Positions 10,694 through 20,051 of a stretch of DNA of 64,000 bases are shown piece after piece. The stretch is from Rhodothermaceae bacterium (lineage in GTDB: Bacteria; Bacteroidota; Ignavibacteria; Ignavibacteriales; Melioribacteraceae): positions 11,464 through 75,463 of the forward strand of contig JBGRQB010000002.1 in the NCBI GenBank assembly GCA_041725875.1. The letters run 5' to 3'. Numbering within the stretch: the stretch's first letter is position 1; each line of letters opens with the position of its first letter. The position numbers and the translations under genes are program-made. The notes beneath the pieces are model-generated. The model searched no databases and had not been told where the DNA came from. It saw nothing but the letters and a program-made list of their open reading frames with translations.

Positions 10694-10720
10694 TAATTCC
10701 CCCGTTAAGGGGGATTATTT
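10694..10720. terminator. bidirectional hairpin between convergent ferritin and aminotransferase genes
   Basis: CCCCC-GTTAA-GGGGG core with flanking AT pairing; overlaps the aminotransferase stop. Confidence 0.6.
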
Positions 10721-11908
10721 CAGCTTTATAATAGTTTGCTTTATTGCATCAATTGCTTTTTGCAAATCTTGCAACGAAGCAGCATAGGATATTCTGATAA
10801 AACCATTTGCGCCAAAAGCAGTTCCAGGTACAATTGCAACTCTTGCCTCATTAATCAAAAACAAAGCAAAATCTTTTGAGTCATTGATTTTCTGTCCGTT
10901 ATAACTTTTTCCAAAAAAGCTTTTCACATTCGGGAACATATAAAAAGCGCCGGGTGATTTATAACAGGAGATTCCTTCAATTTCATTTAGCGCGGTGTAT
11001 AGAAAATTTCGACGCTCTTCAAATTCTTTTCGCATAAACTCTACGGAATCTTGCGGACCTTTAATAGCTTCTACCGAAGCAGCCTGAGAAATTGAGTTTG
11101 TGCTTGAAGTGGAATGACTCTGAATTTTTGCCATTGCCGAAATCAGGTTTTTATCTGCAAGTGCATATCCGACCCGCCATCCTGTCATAGCATAACTTTT
11201 CGACATTCCATTTACAATTACAATTTTTTCTTTGTAATCAGGAGCCGTTTTTGTGATGCAGATATGTTTTGCATTATCAAAAACGAGCTTTTCATAAATC
11301 TCATCACAAATTACAAACATGTTGTGTTTTTTTACCACGGTCATTAACTCAGAGAGTTCCTGTTCGGTATAAACAGTTCCTGTAGGGTTACAGGGATTGC
11401 ACAGCAAAAGGACTTTTGTTTTTTCCGTAACTGACTCTTCCAGCATTTCAGCGTTAATTTTAAAACCTTGTTTCTCTTCGGTATTAACAATTACCGATTT
11501 TCCTCCGGCAAGATGAACAATATGAGGATAAGAAACATAATAAGGAGCAGGAATAATTACCTCGTCTCCTTCCGAAACAATTGATAACATTGCGTTATAA
11601 ACACATTGCTTTGCTCCGCTGGATATCATTATTTCATCTTCGGAATAATCGAGATTCTGCTCGGTTTTATACTTTTCTTTTATTGCAGATCGTAACTCCA
11701 ATACACCATTGTTTGCAGTGTATTTTGTGTAATCGGAGTTAATAGCGTCAATCGCTGCCTGCTTAATGTTTTCCGGAGTAGGAAAATCAGGTTCCCCTAC
11801 AATCAGATCGATGATTTCAATTCCCTGTTTTTTTAACAATGCAGATTGCGCAGCAACAGCCATTGTTTGGGAAGTTTCAATTTTTTCAACTTTTTGAGAT
11901 AGTTTCAT
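10715..11908 (-). CDS. pyridoxal phosphate-dependent aminotransferase, class I (aspartate aminotransferase-like)
   Basis: Conserved blocks CNPCNPTG, DEIY, NGMSKSYAMTGWRVGY (PLP lysine in SKS) and IRISYA. I place the start at the ATG (MKLSQKVEKIE) rather than at 11956. Confidence 0.87.
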   Translation of the reverse strand: MKLSQKVEKIETSQTMAVAAQSALLKKQGIEIIDLIVGEPDFPTPENIKQAAIDAINSDYTKYTANNGVLELRSAIKEKYKTEQNLDYSEDEIMISSGAKQCVYNAMLSIVSEGDEVIIPAPYYVSYPHIVHLAGGKSVIVNTEEKQGFKINAEMLEESVTEKTKVLLLCNPCNPTGTVYTEQELSELMTVVKKHNMFVICDEIYEKLVFDNAKHICITKTAPDYKEKIVIVNGMSKSYAMTGWRVGYALADKNLISAMAKIQSHSTSSTNSISQAASVEAIKGPQDSVEFMRKEFEERRNFLYTALNEIEGISCYKSPGAFYMFPNVKSFFGKSYNGQKINDSKDFALFLINEARVAIVPGTAFGANGFIRISYAASLQDLQKAIDAIKQTIIKLK

Positions 11909-12091
11909 AGCGTTTCTATTTATAGAAAATTTGAAGTACATAGAAAAGCAATTCACAGATAAATTGCAAAACTATCTGAGAAAAAAATGCTGAAAAAATA
12001 AATTTATTGCATATAACCGACAAAAAAATTAATTTGAATGTATAAATATTAAGGGCAAACAATTATATTTGGGCGAAATAAAAAGAAAACT

Positions 12092-13840
12092 ATGAAATTA
12101 ACAGAAGAACAATCTGCTATAGTTAATAGCACGGGTAATATCAAAATTAATGCAGTGGCCGGTTCCGGCAAAACAACTACCATAATTGAGTATATAAAAG
12201 CAAGACCCAAAAAGCGTGCTTTATATCTGGCGTTTAACAAGACTGTTCGTCAGGAAGCAGTTAAAAAATTTGAACAGGCCGGAATAAACTGGGTAAAAGT
12301 TGAAACAGCACACTCCCTTGCTTATAAAAATGTGGTTCCGCAATCAGGTTACTCTCTCTCCACAGGATACAAAACTTACGAACTTAAAGATTTGCTGGAA
12401 ATTGAAGCTCCGGGTGATGAAATAAATTCATACATTCTTGCAAATCATATTCTCAAGTATGCAGCCTATTTCTGCAACAGTAATGCTGCAATGGTAAAAG
12501 ATCTAAATCTGTTTGATATTATTTCAGATGAAACCGCAGCACTCTTTGTAAAAAGAAATTACGACAAAATTCTGCTTTACACCCGACAGTTTTTAGCTAA
12601 AATGTACAAAGGAGAAATTGGAGTTACACACGATTTTTACCTGAAAAAATATCAACTTTCAGATCCATCCTTAAATTACGATTACATCTTTTTTGATGAG
12701 GGACAGGATGCCTCGCCGGTAATGCTGGATGTTTTTATGAAACAGAAAGCAGCAAAAATTATTGTGGGAGATGCGCATCAGCAGATTTACAGCTGGAGAT
12801 ATGCAGTTAACTCACTTGAACAGGTAGATTTTAAAAACTTTACTCTTTCAAAAAGTTTCCGGTTTGAAAAAGAGATTGGTAATCTGGCAGAAAATACACT
12901 TTGCTGGAAAAAGAATATTCAAAATTATTCACCAATTGATATTGAAGGTATAGGAAAGAATAAATCGAAAAAAATGAAAGCCACAATTGGCAGAACAAAT
13001 ACCGCTTTAATGCTGAGAGCAATCGATCTGCTGATAGAAAAACAGGCCATTGAAAATGTTTATTTTGAGGGAAATATCTCTTCTTACACTTATGCTGAGG
13101 AAGGTGGTTCAATTTACGATGTTCTTAATCTTAAAAACGGTGACTATACATTTATCAGAGACAACCTCATAAAATCGATGCAAAGCTTTTCAGAGCTTGA
13201 AGAATATGCTGAAGCAACCGAAGACGGGAGTCTGAAAATGCTCATCGATGTTGTGAAAAAGTATGGAAGAAATCTGCCGAATTATATAAAGATTCTTAAA
13301 GATAAGCACCTGCCGGATGAGATGCGCGAAGATGCAGATATGATTTTTTCTACAGTTCACAGATGTAAGGGAATGGAGTACGATGAAGTAACAATACTGG
13401 ATGATTTTATCAAAGAAACAGATATTAAAAATATGGTAAGAAGAGACGGACTGGAAAATATTCAGATAGCTTCACTTGCCGAAGAAATTAATCTGTTATA
13501 CGTTGCAATTACAAGAACAAAAAATATTTTGAACATTCCGTTCGAGTTTTTACCCGATAATTATAAAGAGTTCAAAAAGAAGATTAACAGTAAAATAAAT
13601 GTTTTGTTTACTGCGCAGCAGACAAACAAAAAGGATGAAGATCAAAAAATATCAGGCGGATTTTTCGGAATCAGAAAGAAACATAAAGATGCTTACAAGA
13701 AATGGACAATCGAAGATGATGCCGATCTTTTGCTTCTTTACGACGAAGGAAAAAATCTGACTGAACTCTCAAAACATTTTGGAAGAACCGCAGGTGCGGT
13801 GCGAACAAGGTTACAGAAACTGGGAGTATTTGATAATTGA
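12092..13840 (+). CDS. UvrD/REP superfamily I DNA helicase with C-terminal HTH-like tail
   Basis: Walker A AVAGSGKTTT, Walker B FFDEGQD, GDAHQQIYSWR (motif III-like), TVHRCKGMEYD and LYVAITRT (motif VI). The last ~47 aa are WTIEDDADLLLLYDEGKNLTELSKHFGRTAGAVRTRLQKLG. Confidence 0.8.
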   Translation: MKLTEEQSAIVNSTGNIKINAVAGSGKTTTIIEYIKARPKKRALYLAFNKTVRQEAVKKFEQAGINWVKVETAHSLAYKNVVPQSGYSLSTGYKTYELKDLLEIEAPGDEINSYILANHILKYAAYFCNSNAAMVKDLNLFDIISDETAALFVKRNYDKILLYTRQFLAKMYKGEIGVTHDFYLKKYQLSDPSLNYDYIFFDEGQDASPVMLDVFMKQKAAKIIVGDAHQQIYSWRYAVNSLEQVDFKNFTLSKSFRFEKEIGNLAENTLCWKKNIQNYSPIDIEGIGKNKSKKMKATIGRTNTALMLRAIDLLIEKQAIENVYFEGNISSYTYAEEGGSIYDVLNLKNGDYTFIRDNLIKSMQSFSELEEYAEATEDGSLKMLIDVVKKYGRNLPNYIKILKDKHLPDEMREDADMIFSTVHRCKGMEYDEVTILDDFIKETDIKNMVRRDGLENIQIASLAEEINLLYVAITRTKNILNIPFEFLPDNYKEFKKKINSKINVLFTAQQTNKKDEDQKISGGFFGIRKKHKDAYKKWTIEDDADLLLLYDEGKNLTELSKHFGRTAGAVRTRLQKLGVFDN

Positions 13841-13861
13841 AAATGTGAATTTTTAATTTTC

Positions 13862-14518
13862 TTAGTCACTATCAATTATGAATTGAAACTTGATATATTT
13901 TATTGTTCTGCCATTTTGAAGATGAACTTTTTCATAAGCTGTTTTTATCTCTTCTTCAAATGATGTTTCGGATAAATCGTAGAGATTGTCACTATTTTTG
14001 ATAATTTTTACATCGGTCCTTTGTAAATTTTTTATTGCAAATTCATACAGCGGAAGATCATCTGTTTTGAAATGTATTACTCCGTCAACAGCTGTAATTT
14101 TTTTATAAATATCTATAAAATTAGTTGAGTAGAGCCGTTTAAAATCATCTCTTCTTCTGGGGAGTGAATCAGGAAATGGAACCCAGATTTCCTTTGGTTT
14201 CATTTTTGTAAAAACATCAGAAAGGTTTTGTGCCTTACCAATTAAAAACGCAACATTTGAAATATTTTCAGTTAAAGCTTTTTTTGCACCTACCCAGATT
14301 CGTGTTGCTTTCATATCAAGTGCTATGAAATTTTTGTCAGGAAATTTTTCTGCAAGATTTATTGAGTAATCTCCATGTCCGCACCCTATTTCAAGTGTAA
14401 CCGGATTATCATTCTGAAAAAAATCAGAGAGTTTTTTTTCTACATTCTCCTGCTCCATTCTGAATGTGTTTGAGAGAACATCTATTTCCTGCAGACGCAA
14501 AAGTTTTTTTCGGGCCAT
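13862..14518 (-). CDS. trmB: tRNA (guanine-N7)-methyltransferase
   Basis: LEIGCGHGDY SAM-binding motif and ~218 aa TrmB-like layout (FPDSLPRRR block). Confidence 0.85.
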   Translation of the reverse strand: MARKKLLRLQEIDVLSNTFRMEQENVEKKLSDFFQNDNPVTLEIGCGHGDYSINLAEKFPDKNFIALDMKATRIWVGAKKALTENISNVAFLIGKAQNLSDVFTKMKPKEIWVPFPDSLPRRRDDFKRLYSTNFIDIYKKITAVDGVIHFKTDDLPLYEFAIKNLQRTDVKIIKNSDNLYDLSETSFEEEIKTAYEKVHLQNGRTIKYIKFQFIIDSD

Positions 14519-14634
14519 AACATCTAAATTTTCTGAGGATCAAAAATATAAAAAAAGATAAGAAAATTTCAGGGGAATTGGCTCGGGTGTGCGTCTAAAA
14601 AACGTTTTTAGAAAATTTATTGTAGTTTTGGGTT

Positions 14635-15675
14635 ATGAAAACATTAATAGATATTTTGCTGGTTTTCAGCAGTGTGGGAATTGTAAACAGTATCTTTTTT
14701 ATAATTTATTTCAACCTTAATAAAGAGAGGCGATCTCAGGAAAATATTTTATTTTTGCTGCTTTTGCTTGCTTTTGTTATCAGAATTGGAAAGTCGGTGT
14801 TTCTCTATTTCACAGGAGGTTTGAGTGATATTGTTATAAATATCGGATTTACCGGTTTTACAAGTATTGGTCCTTTTTTCTATTTATACCTCAAAACAGC
14901 AACTATCCCTGATTACAAAGTAAAAAAAAGAGATTATCTTCATTTTATAATTCCGACAGCAATTTTGTTGTTTTCACCCTTAATTCCCTATCAGCCGCGC
15001 AGCATTTACTGGTTTTCTTTTTATATGGGAATGCTGACTCAGATATTTTTGTATCTCTCCTTTTCACTTCCGGTTCTTGTAAGGTTTATAAAAGCAGATA
15101 AATCTGTTAAAAAACATTTTCCGCAAAACAGAAAAAAATGGCTTTTGGCTTTGTATAGCGGATTGTTCATAATATGGTTTTGTTATTTTATAAATATAAT
15201 AGGAATTGGTTCGTACATAAATGGTGCAATTGCTTATACTTTTGTTTTTTACACTTTAATGTATCTGGAAATTCATCCACAGATTAAGCAGGATTCAAAG
15301 TCGGGTAAATATAACAATATAAATCTGACTGAAACAGAAATTGAAAAATATTCAGCTGAAGTGAATCTTTTTATCAAAGAATCTGAAATTTATAAAAGAG
15401 AAGATCTTACTCTGCCTCTGTTTGCAAAAGAATCGGGAATTCCCGCCCACACAATTTCTTTTGTGATAAATAAAAAACTGAACAGAAATTTTTCCGATTT
15501 TGTTAATTATTACAGAATTGAAAATGTTAAACTTCAGATGCAAACAAAACCGGAGGAAAAGATTGCAACGCTTGCTTTTGAAGCGGGATTTAAATCGATA
15601 TCTGCTTTTAATAATTCCTTCAAAAAATTCTCCGGAATAACTCCTACTCAATATAAAGAGCTCAATTTTTCGTAA
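14635..15675 (+). CDS. AraC family transcriptional regulator with N-terminal multi-TM domain
   Basis: About 6 hydrophobic segments, then a C-terminal double HTH (LFAKESGIPAHTISFVINK ... AFEAGFKSISAFNNSFKKFSGITPTQY). Confidence 0.8.
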   Translation: MKTLIDILLVFSSVGIVNSIFFIIYFNLNKERRSQENILFLLLLLAFVIRIGKSVFLYFTGGLSDIVINIGFTGFTSIGPFFYLYLKTATIPDYKVKKRDYLHFIIPTAILLFSPLIPYQPRSIYWFSFYMGMLTQIFLYLSFSLPVLVRFIKADKSVKKHFPQNRKKWLLALYSGLFIIWFCYFINIIGIGSYINGAIAYTFVFYTLMYLEIHPQIKQDSKSGKYNNINLTETEIEKYSAEVNLFIKESEIYKREDLTLPLFAKESGIPAHTISFVINKKLNRNFSDFVNYYRIENVKLQMQTKPEEKIATLAFEAGFKSISAFNNSFKKFSGITPTQYKELNFS

Positions 15676-15682
15676 AAATCAG

Positions 15683-15704
15683 TTTCTGATTTATAAATCA
15701 GAAA
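15683..15704 (+). terminator. perfect palindrome TTTCTGATTTATAAATCAGAAA after the AraC-family gene
   Basis: 22-nt perfect inverted repeat 8 nt after the stop codon. AT-rich, so it could be a weak terminator or an operator. Confidence 0.45.
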
Positions 15705-15762
15705 GAAAAGAACGCTTTTTAAACATAATTTTGCTTCACTTTTATAGTTAAACGGAGAAAAT

Positions 15763-17337
15763 ATGAAATCGAAAGTGAAGTTATTTTTATTGTTTTTCTT
15801 AGTAAGCTCTTCAATATTTGCACAAAAAAATCTTTATCCTGATACGGATCTGCCTGGTTTTGAACCACAGATTTTCGGAGAGAATATTCTTTCCACCGGA
15901 TTAAATGAAATTACAATTGCCATTGCTCCCGATTATAAAGAGATCTACTTTACAATCAGACACAAAAGTGATTTCTTCAAAATATATTATGTAAGTAAAA
16001 CCAATTACGGCTGGTCAGCACCGCAAGCTGCTCCATTTTCAAGCAAGTTTAAAGATGCAGATCCTTTTATAACCAAAGACGGACAAAAATTGTTTTTCTG
16101 TTCAGATCGGTTAACAGATAAAAATGATAAAAAGCGCGACTGGAATATCTGGTTTGTTACAAAAAATGGTGATAAATGGAGTGAACCCGAACTTGTACCA
16201 TTTGATAATGAGAAAAATGAAATGTTTCCCACTTTAAGTGATTCAGGAAATATGGTTTTTCATGCTGATTATGGTTCTGAGAGAAAAACACTTGATATCA
16301 CTCATACAGATATTTATTACTCAAAATTTGACGGTACAAAATTTCTGAAACCGGAAAAACTTGAAAGTTCAATAAGTTCACCTTCTGCTGAATGGGATCC
16401 TTTTATTGCACCTGATGAAAGCTATATAATGTTTACATCAACCCGGAAAAAGAATATGGGAGGCGGAGATTTATTTATAAGTTATAAAGATGAAACAGGA
16501 AACTGGGGAAAAGTAAAAAATATGGGATATTTTATTAACTCCCGCAGAATTGATTATTGTCCGGCACTTTCTCCTGACAGAAAATATCTGTTGTTTTCCA
16601 GTTCAAGAATGGGGAAAAAGAAAATTTTAGCTTCTGAAAAACCGGGATATTTTGAACTTGCAAAAACACTTGGCGGAATGCAAAACGGGTTATCCGATAT
16701 TTACTGGATGGATGCAAGTATAATTAAAAATCTTAAAAATAACATCTGGTGGGAAGATACGGGGCGTGAGTTCAAGCATGACCTGTCAGATAAAAAAATA
16801 TTAATGATTGTCGGGGAAAATTTTGATTTTCACGAAGCTGATTTAATTCCCAGAGAGTTAGAAAAAATGGGTGCTGATGTTGTAACTGCTGCAGTTTCGG
16901 AGAAATTAACCGGACATATAATAAACATTGACGGACTCAAATTTGATAAATCGGAAAAAAGAGAAATAGAAGCAGATATATTAATTTCTGAAATAGAACT
17001 GGATGATTATGATGCCATATACTTTCCGGGGGGAGGAGGTCCGGCAAACATAATAAAAAATCCTGCAACAAATTCTTTGGTAAGAGACCTGATTAAAAAA
17101 GCAGTTTCTGAAAACAAATTAGTGGCGGCAATATGTCACGGTCCGCTAATATTTGCAGATGCCGGAATAATTAAAGGTAAAAAAGTCACCTGTAACAGAG
17201 CAATTATAAAAGAGATAAAATCTGCCGGCGGAAATTTTCAAAATGTAAAATGTATTTCAGATGGAAATATGTTAACAGGAAACTGGCCGTTTTTTGAGAC
17301 TTTTACAGCGGAATTTGCAAAAATGCTGGAGAAGTGA
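15763..17337 (+). CDS. secreted fusion protein: TolB-like (PD40) beta-propeller repeats plus C-terminal DJ-1/PfpI domain
   Basis: Signal peptide; four repeats of the type W(S/G)xPxx...FxSxR (e.g. DGQKLFFCSDR, ESYIMFTSTR, RKYLLFSSSR). C-terminal ~180 aa have the AAICHGP nucleophile elbow of the DJ-1/PfpI family. Confidence 0.7.
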   Translation: MKSKVKLFLLFFLVSSSIFAQKNLYPDTDLPGFEPQIFGENILSTGLNEITIAIAPDYKEIYFTIRHKSDFFKIYYVSKTNYGWSAPQAAPFSSKFKDADPFITKDGQKLFFCSDRLTDKNDKKRDWNIWFVTKNGDKWSEPELVPFDNEKNEMFPTLSDSGNMVFHADYGSERKTLDITHTDIYYSKFDGTKFLKPEKLESSISSPSAEWDPFIAPDESYIMFTSTRKKNMGGGDLFISYKDETGNWGKVKNMGYFINSRRIDYCPALSPDRKYLLFSSSRMGKKKILASEKPGYFELAKTLGGMQNGLSDIYWMDASIIKNLKNNIWWEDTGREFKHDLSDKKILMIVGENFDFHEADLIPRELEKMGADVVTAAVSEKLTGHIINIDGLKFDKSEKREIEADILISEIELDDYDAIYFPGGGGPANIIKNPATNSLVRDLIKKAVSENKLVAAICHGPLIFADAGIIKGKKVTCNRAIIKEIKSAGGNFQNVKCISDGNMLTGNWPFFETFTAEFAKMLEK

Positions 17338-17349
17338 GTTCTATTTGAA

Positions 17350-17386
17350 CCCTGAAGATATCACATCTTCGGGGTACTTTTATTTT
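17350..17386 (+). terminator. rho-independent terminator after the propeller/DJ-1 gene
   Basis: CCCTGAAGAT-ATCAC-ATCTTCGGGG (10 bp, one G-U) followed by TACTTTTATTTT. Confidence 0.8.
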
Positions 17387-17485
17387 AAAGTTTTGACAAA
17401 TAAATCTAAACTGAGTATATTTCGTTGTAACAGTTCTTTACACTTACACACAAATAAGGCCATCCTCAGGCCACCAAACAAAATT

Positions 17486-17563
17486 CCCGTTTAAAAAAAT
17501 CAAATAGTAATCGATAAACTATACAATATAATTCTGTATTGTTCACCTTTATGTTTAAACGGG
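17486..17563 (+). promoter_or_regulatory. structured 5' leader of TonB-dependent receptor gene (long-range 10-bp inverted repeat)
   Basis: CCCGTTTAAA (17486..17495) pairs with TTTAAACGGG (17554..17563). An inner ACAATA/TATTGT stem lies between them. The repeat ends about 45 nt before the ATG. Confidence 0.3.
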
Positions 17564-17608
17564 TTGTAGATGTATATTATCCAAAATTAAACTTATAAAA
17601 GGTATTTT

Positions 17609-19441
17609 ATGAAAACCGGATCAATCAAAAAGATGATTGTAATCACTATTAGTGTATTTATTTTTATTTCAAATCTTGTTATGGCTCAAACGATGAAGCA
17701 TAAACTTGAAAACGTTGTTGTTACTGCGGGAAAAACACCTGTTTCATTTTCCGATTTAACAAGAACAGTTCAGGTAATCAGTGCAAAAGAAATTAAAGCA
17801 ATTCCTGCAAACAGCGTTCCCGAGTTACTGAAGTTTGCAGCTTCTGTTGATGTAAGACAGCGCGGAGTTGAAGGTGTTCAGGCAGATGTTTCAATTAGAG
17901 GCGGCGGTTATGAGCAGACTTTAATTTTAATTGACGGAGTAAAGGTTAATGATGCTCAGACAGGCCATCATAATATGAATATTCCGGTTTCAATGGAAAA
18001 CATCGAAAGAATTGAAATTTTAAAAGGACAGGGATCAAGATTATACGGCCCGAATGCATTTAGCGGTGTGATAAATATTATCACAAAAAAATCGCAGAAG
18101 AAAAATGCAAAATTGCATATAACAACTGCTCAAAATGCAACTTACGGCGCAGAAGTAAACTTATCACTTCCTGTCGGGAAATATTCTCAAACAATTTCAG
18201 CCGGAAAGAAAAGATCTAACGGTTATATGCACAACACAGGTTACGAAATTTTGAATTTATCTTATAATTCAACTTTAACTCTTGATAAAAGTGTTTTCAG
18301 AGTTTTTGCCGGATATACTGATAAAGAGTTTGGAGCAAACAGTTTTTATACAACAGCTTTTCCAAATCAGTGGGAAGCTATAAAAACTACTTTTGCCAAT
18401 GTAAGTGGTGAGTTTGCTTTTGATAAGGTTTTTGTAACAACCAAAGGCTACTGGAGAAAAAATGAAGATGAATTTTTGTTAAAATATGATAACCCGTCAT
18501 TTTACAGAAATCTGCACGAAACAAATACTTACGGATTTGAATTGCAAGCTACAATTGAGAGCAGATTAGGATCAACTTCAATTGGTGGTGAAGTAAGTAA
18601 AGATGAAATTGAAAGTAACAGTCTGAAAAATCACGACAGATCCAAAACTGGTTTTTTTGCAGAACACAAATTTACAATTGCTGAAAGATTGAATATCATA
18701 GTTGGCGGATTTGCTTACGATTATGCTGAAATCGGCTGGAAGTTCTGGCCCGGAATAGATGCATCATACAAAATAAACAACAATATGAAAGTATTCGGAT
18801 CAATTGGAAAAGCATTCAGAATTCCAACATTTACAGATTTGTATTATGTGAGTCCGGCAAATATGGGTAACCCGGATCTGAAACATGAAGAAACAGTAAA
18901 CTATGAAATCGGATTTAATTACAATTCAGGATTAATTAACACAGGAGTTTCCTTTTTTAGAAAAGAAGGAAAAAATATTATTGACTGGGTTCGTGAATTA
19001 GAGACAGAACCCTGGCAGGTGCGTAACATTGCCGATATAAACACAAACGGAATTGAATTAAATTTTGAAATTATCCCGACAAACAAAATCAAAAATTGTT
19101 TGATTAACAGAGCATCACTTTCATATACATATCTTGATTCTGAAAGAGAATCTTCAAATGTAACATCAAAATATGTTTTAGGAAATTTGAAACATCAGGT
19201 GATTTTTAATTTGTCAAACAAACTTGTTGCCGGAATTAACCAGAACTGGGCAATGCGTTATGAAGAAAGAGTAAATAGCTACAACCATTTATTGCTCGAT
19301 ACTAAATTGAGTAAATCATTTGAAAAATTTGATTTATTCCTTTCAGTGAATAATATTTTTGATGCTGACCACAGTGATGTTGGAGGAGTTCCTCTTCCGG
19401 GCAGATGGTTTAGCGGAGGATTTAACATAAATCTGTTTTAA
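17609..19441 (+). CDS. TonB-dependent outer membrane receptor (BtuB-size, 610 aa)
   Basis: Signal peptide, TonB-box-like ENVVVTA, plug motifs (VSIRGG, ILIDGV, IEILKG) and a C-terminal beta-barrel ending in F. Confidence 0.9.
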   Translation: MKTGSIKKMIVITISVFIFISNLVMAQTMKHKLENVVVTAGKTPVSFSDLTRTVQVISAKEIKAIPANSVPELLKFAASVDVRQRGVEGVQADVSIRGGGYEQTLILIDGVKVNDAQTGHHNMNIPVSMENIERIEILKGQGSRLYGPNAFSGVINIITKKSQKKNAKLHITTAQNATYGAEVNLSLPVGKYSQTISAGKKRSNGYMHNTGYEILNLSYNSTLTLDKSVFRVFAGYTDKEFGANSFYTTAFPNQWEAIKTTFANVSGEFAFDKVFVTTKGYWRKNEDEFLLKYDNPSFYRNLHETNTYGFELQATIESRLGSTSIGGEVSKDEIESNSLKNHDRSKTGFFAEHKFTIAERLNIIVGGFAYDYAEIGWKFWPGIDASYKINNNMKVFGSIGKAFRIPTFTDLYYVSPANMGNPDLKHEETVNYEIGFNYNSGLINTGVSFFRKEGKNIIDWVRELETEPWQVRNIADINTNGIELNFEIIPTNKIKNCLINRASLSYTYLDSERESSNVTSKYVLGNLKHQVIFNLSNKLVAGINQNWAMRYEERVNSYNHLLLDTKLSKSFEKFDLFLSVNNIFDADHSDVGGVPLPGRWFSGGFNINLF

Positions 19442-19449
19442 GTTATAAA

Positions 19450-19480
19450 GGAGACAGATTTATCTGTCTCCGATTTTATT
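19450..19480. terminator. bidirectional terminator between convergent genes
   Basis: GGAGACAGAT-TT-ATCTGTCTCC perfect 10-bp stem followed by GATTTTATTT. Confidence 0.8.
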
Positions 19481-19961
19481 TATTAAACTTGTTTGTAGAT
19501 TTTATCAGCTCTTCAACATTTTCCTGTACAAAAAAGATATCATCCTTTTCACGCTTAATTAATTCGGTTATTAATCCTGTTTCAGGATGAGGATGTGAAA
19601 ACAATTGCTTTAATCCGCCCCCTGTATCAATTACTTTATCTGTTGTAAATTTCATTCCTTTGGCTTTGAGTTCTTCAAAAGATTTATGAATATCTTCAAC
19701 TCTGTAAGCCATATGATGAATAGCATTTCCGTGCTCTTTTACCCATTCGGAAAGTATATCCCCTTCCTGAGTTCCCATATCGACAAAAATCAGGAATTTG
19801 GTTCCCGGAAGATTTAATAATTTTGATCTCACTTTGGACCCTTCAAGATCAAACACAAGTTCCTGCACTACTTCAAAACCCATTGTTTCAGTGTACATTT
19901 TTACAACAGGTTCAATATCTTTTACCCTGAAAGCTATATGATCAAGTTCTCCTAATGACAT
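19476..19961 (-). CDS. VOC (glyoxalase/dioxygenase) family protein, methylmalonyl-CoA epimerase-like
   Basis: LDHIAFRVKDIE and IHHMAYRVEDI paired beta-alpha-beta-beta-beta modules, and LITELI near the C-terminus. Confidence 0.8.
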   Translation of the reverse strand: MSLGELDHIAFRVKDIEPVVKMYTETMGFEVVQELVFDLEGSKVRSKLLNLPGTKFLIFVDMGTQEGDILSEWVKEHGNAIHHMAYRVEDIHKSFEELKAKGMKFTTDKVIDTGGGLKQLFSHPHPETGLITELIKREKDDIFFVQENVEELIKSTNKFNK

Positions 19962-20051
19962 AAACGTTCCCCATTCTTTTTAAGTTAGGAAATAATTTGT
20001 TTTGACGATTTATGTTCGAATGTAATTGGGGAACTTTAAATTTTTTGATAT

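Noticed and set aside
11909-11956. 16-codon N-terminal extension of the aminotransferase ORF
   Set aside because: The class I aminotransferase homology pattern begins at MKLSQKVEKIE, and the extension (MNCFSMYFKFSINRNA) looks like translated leader sequence.
12049-12240. 63-aa minus-strand ORF overlapping the helicase start
   Set aside because: It is antisense to the Walker A region of the helicase gene and is a hydrophobic shadow-frame product.
17294-17494. 66-aa ORF overlapping the end of the DJ-1 fusion gene and the terminator
   Set aside because: It runs through a clear rho-independent terminator and has no RBS or motifs.
17387-17608. Cobalamin or TPP riboswitch upstream of the BtuB-sized TonB-dependent receptor
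   Set aside because: I found no B12 box (GCCACTG-type core) and no CTGAGA/ACCTGA TPP core on the plus strand. Only a generic long-range stem is visible, so I report it as an unclassified structured leader.
19966-20034. 8-bp inverted repeat GTTCCCCA...TGGGGAAC flanking the left edge of the AbiE-like module, considered as a possible insertion scar
   Set aside because: The repeat is short, its arms are 53 nt apart, and it has no counterpart on the right flank (21937..22081). That is insufficient to call an att site or terminal repeat.
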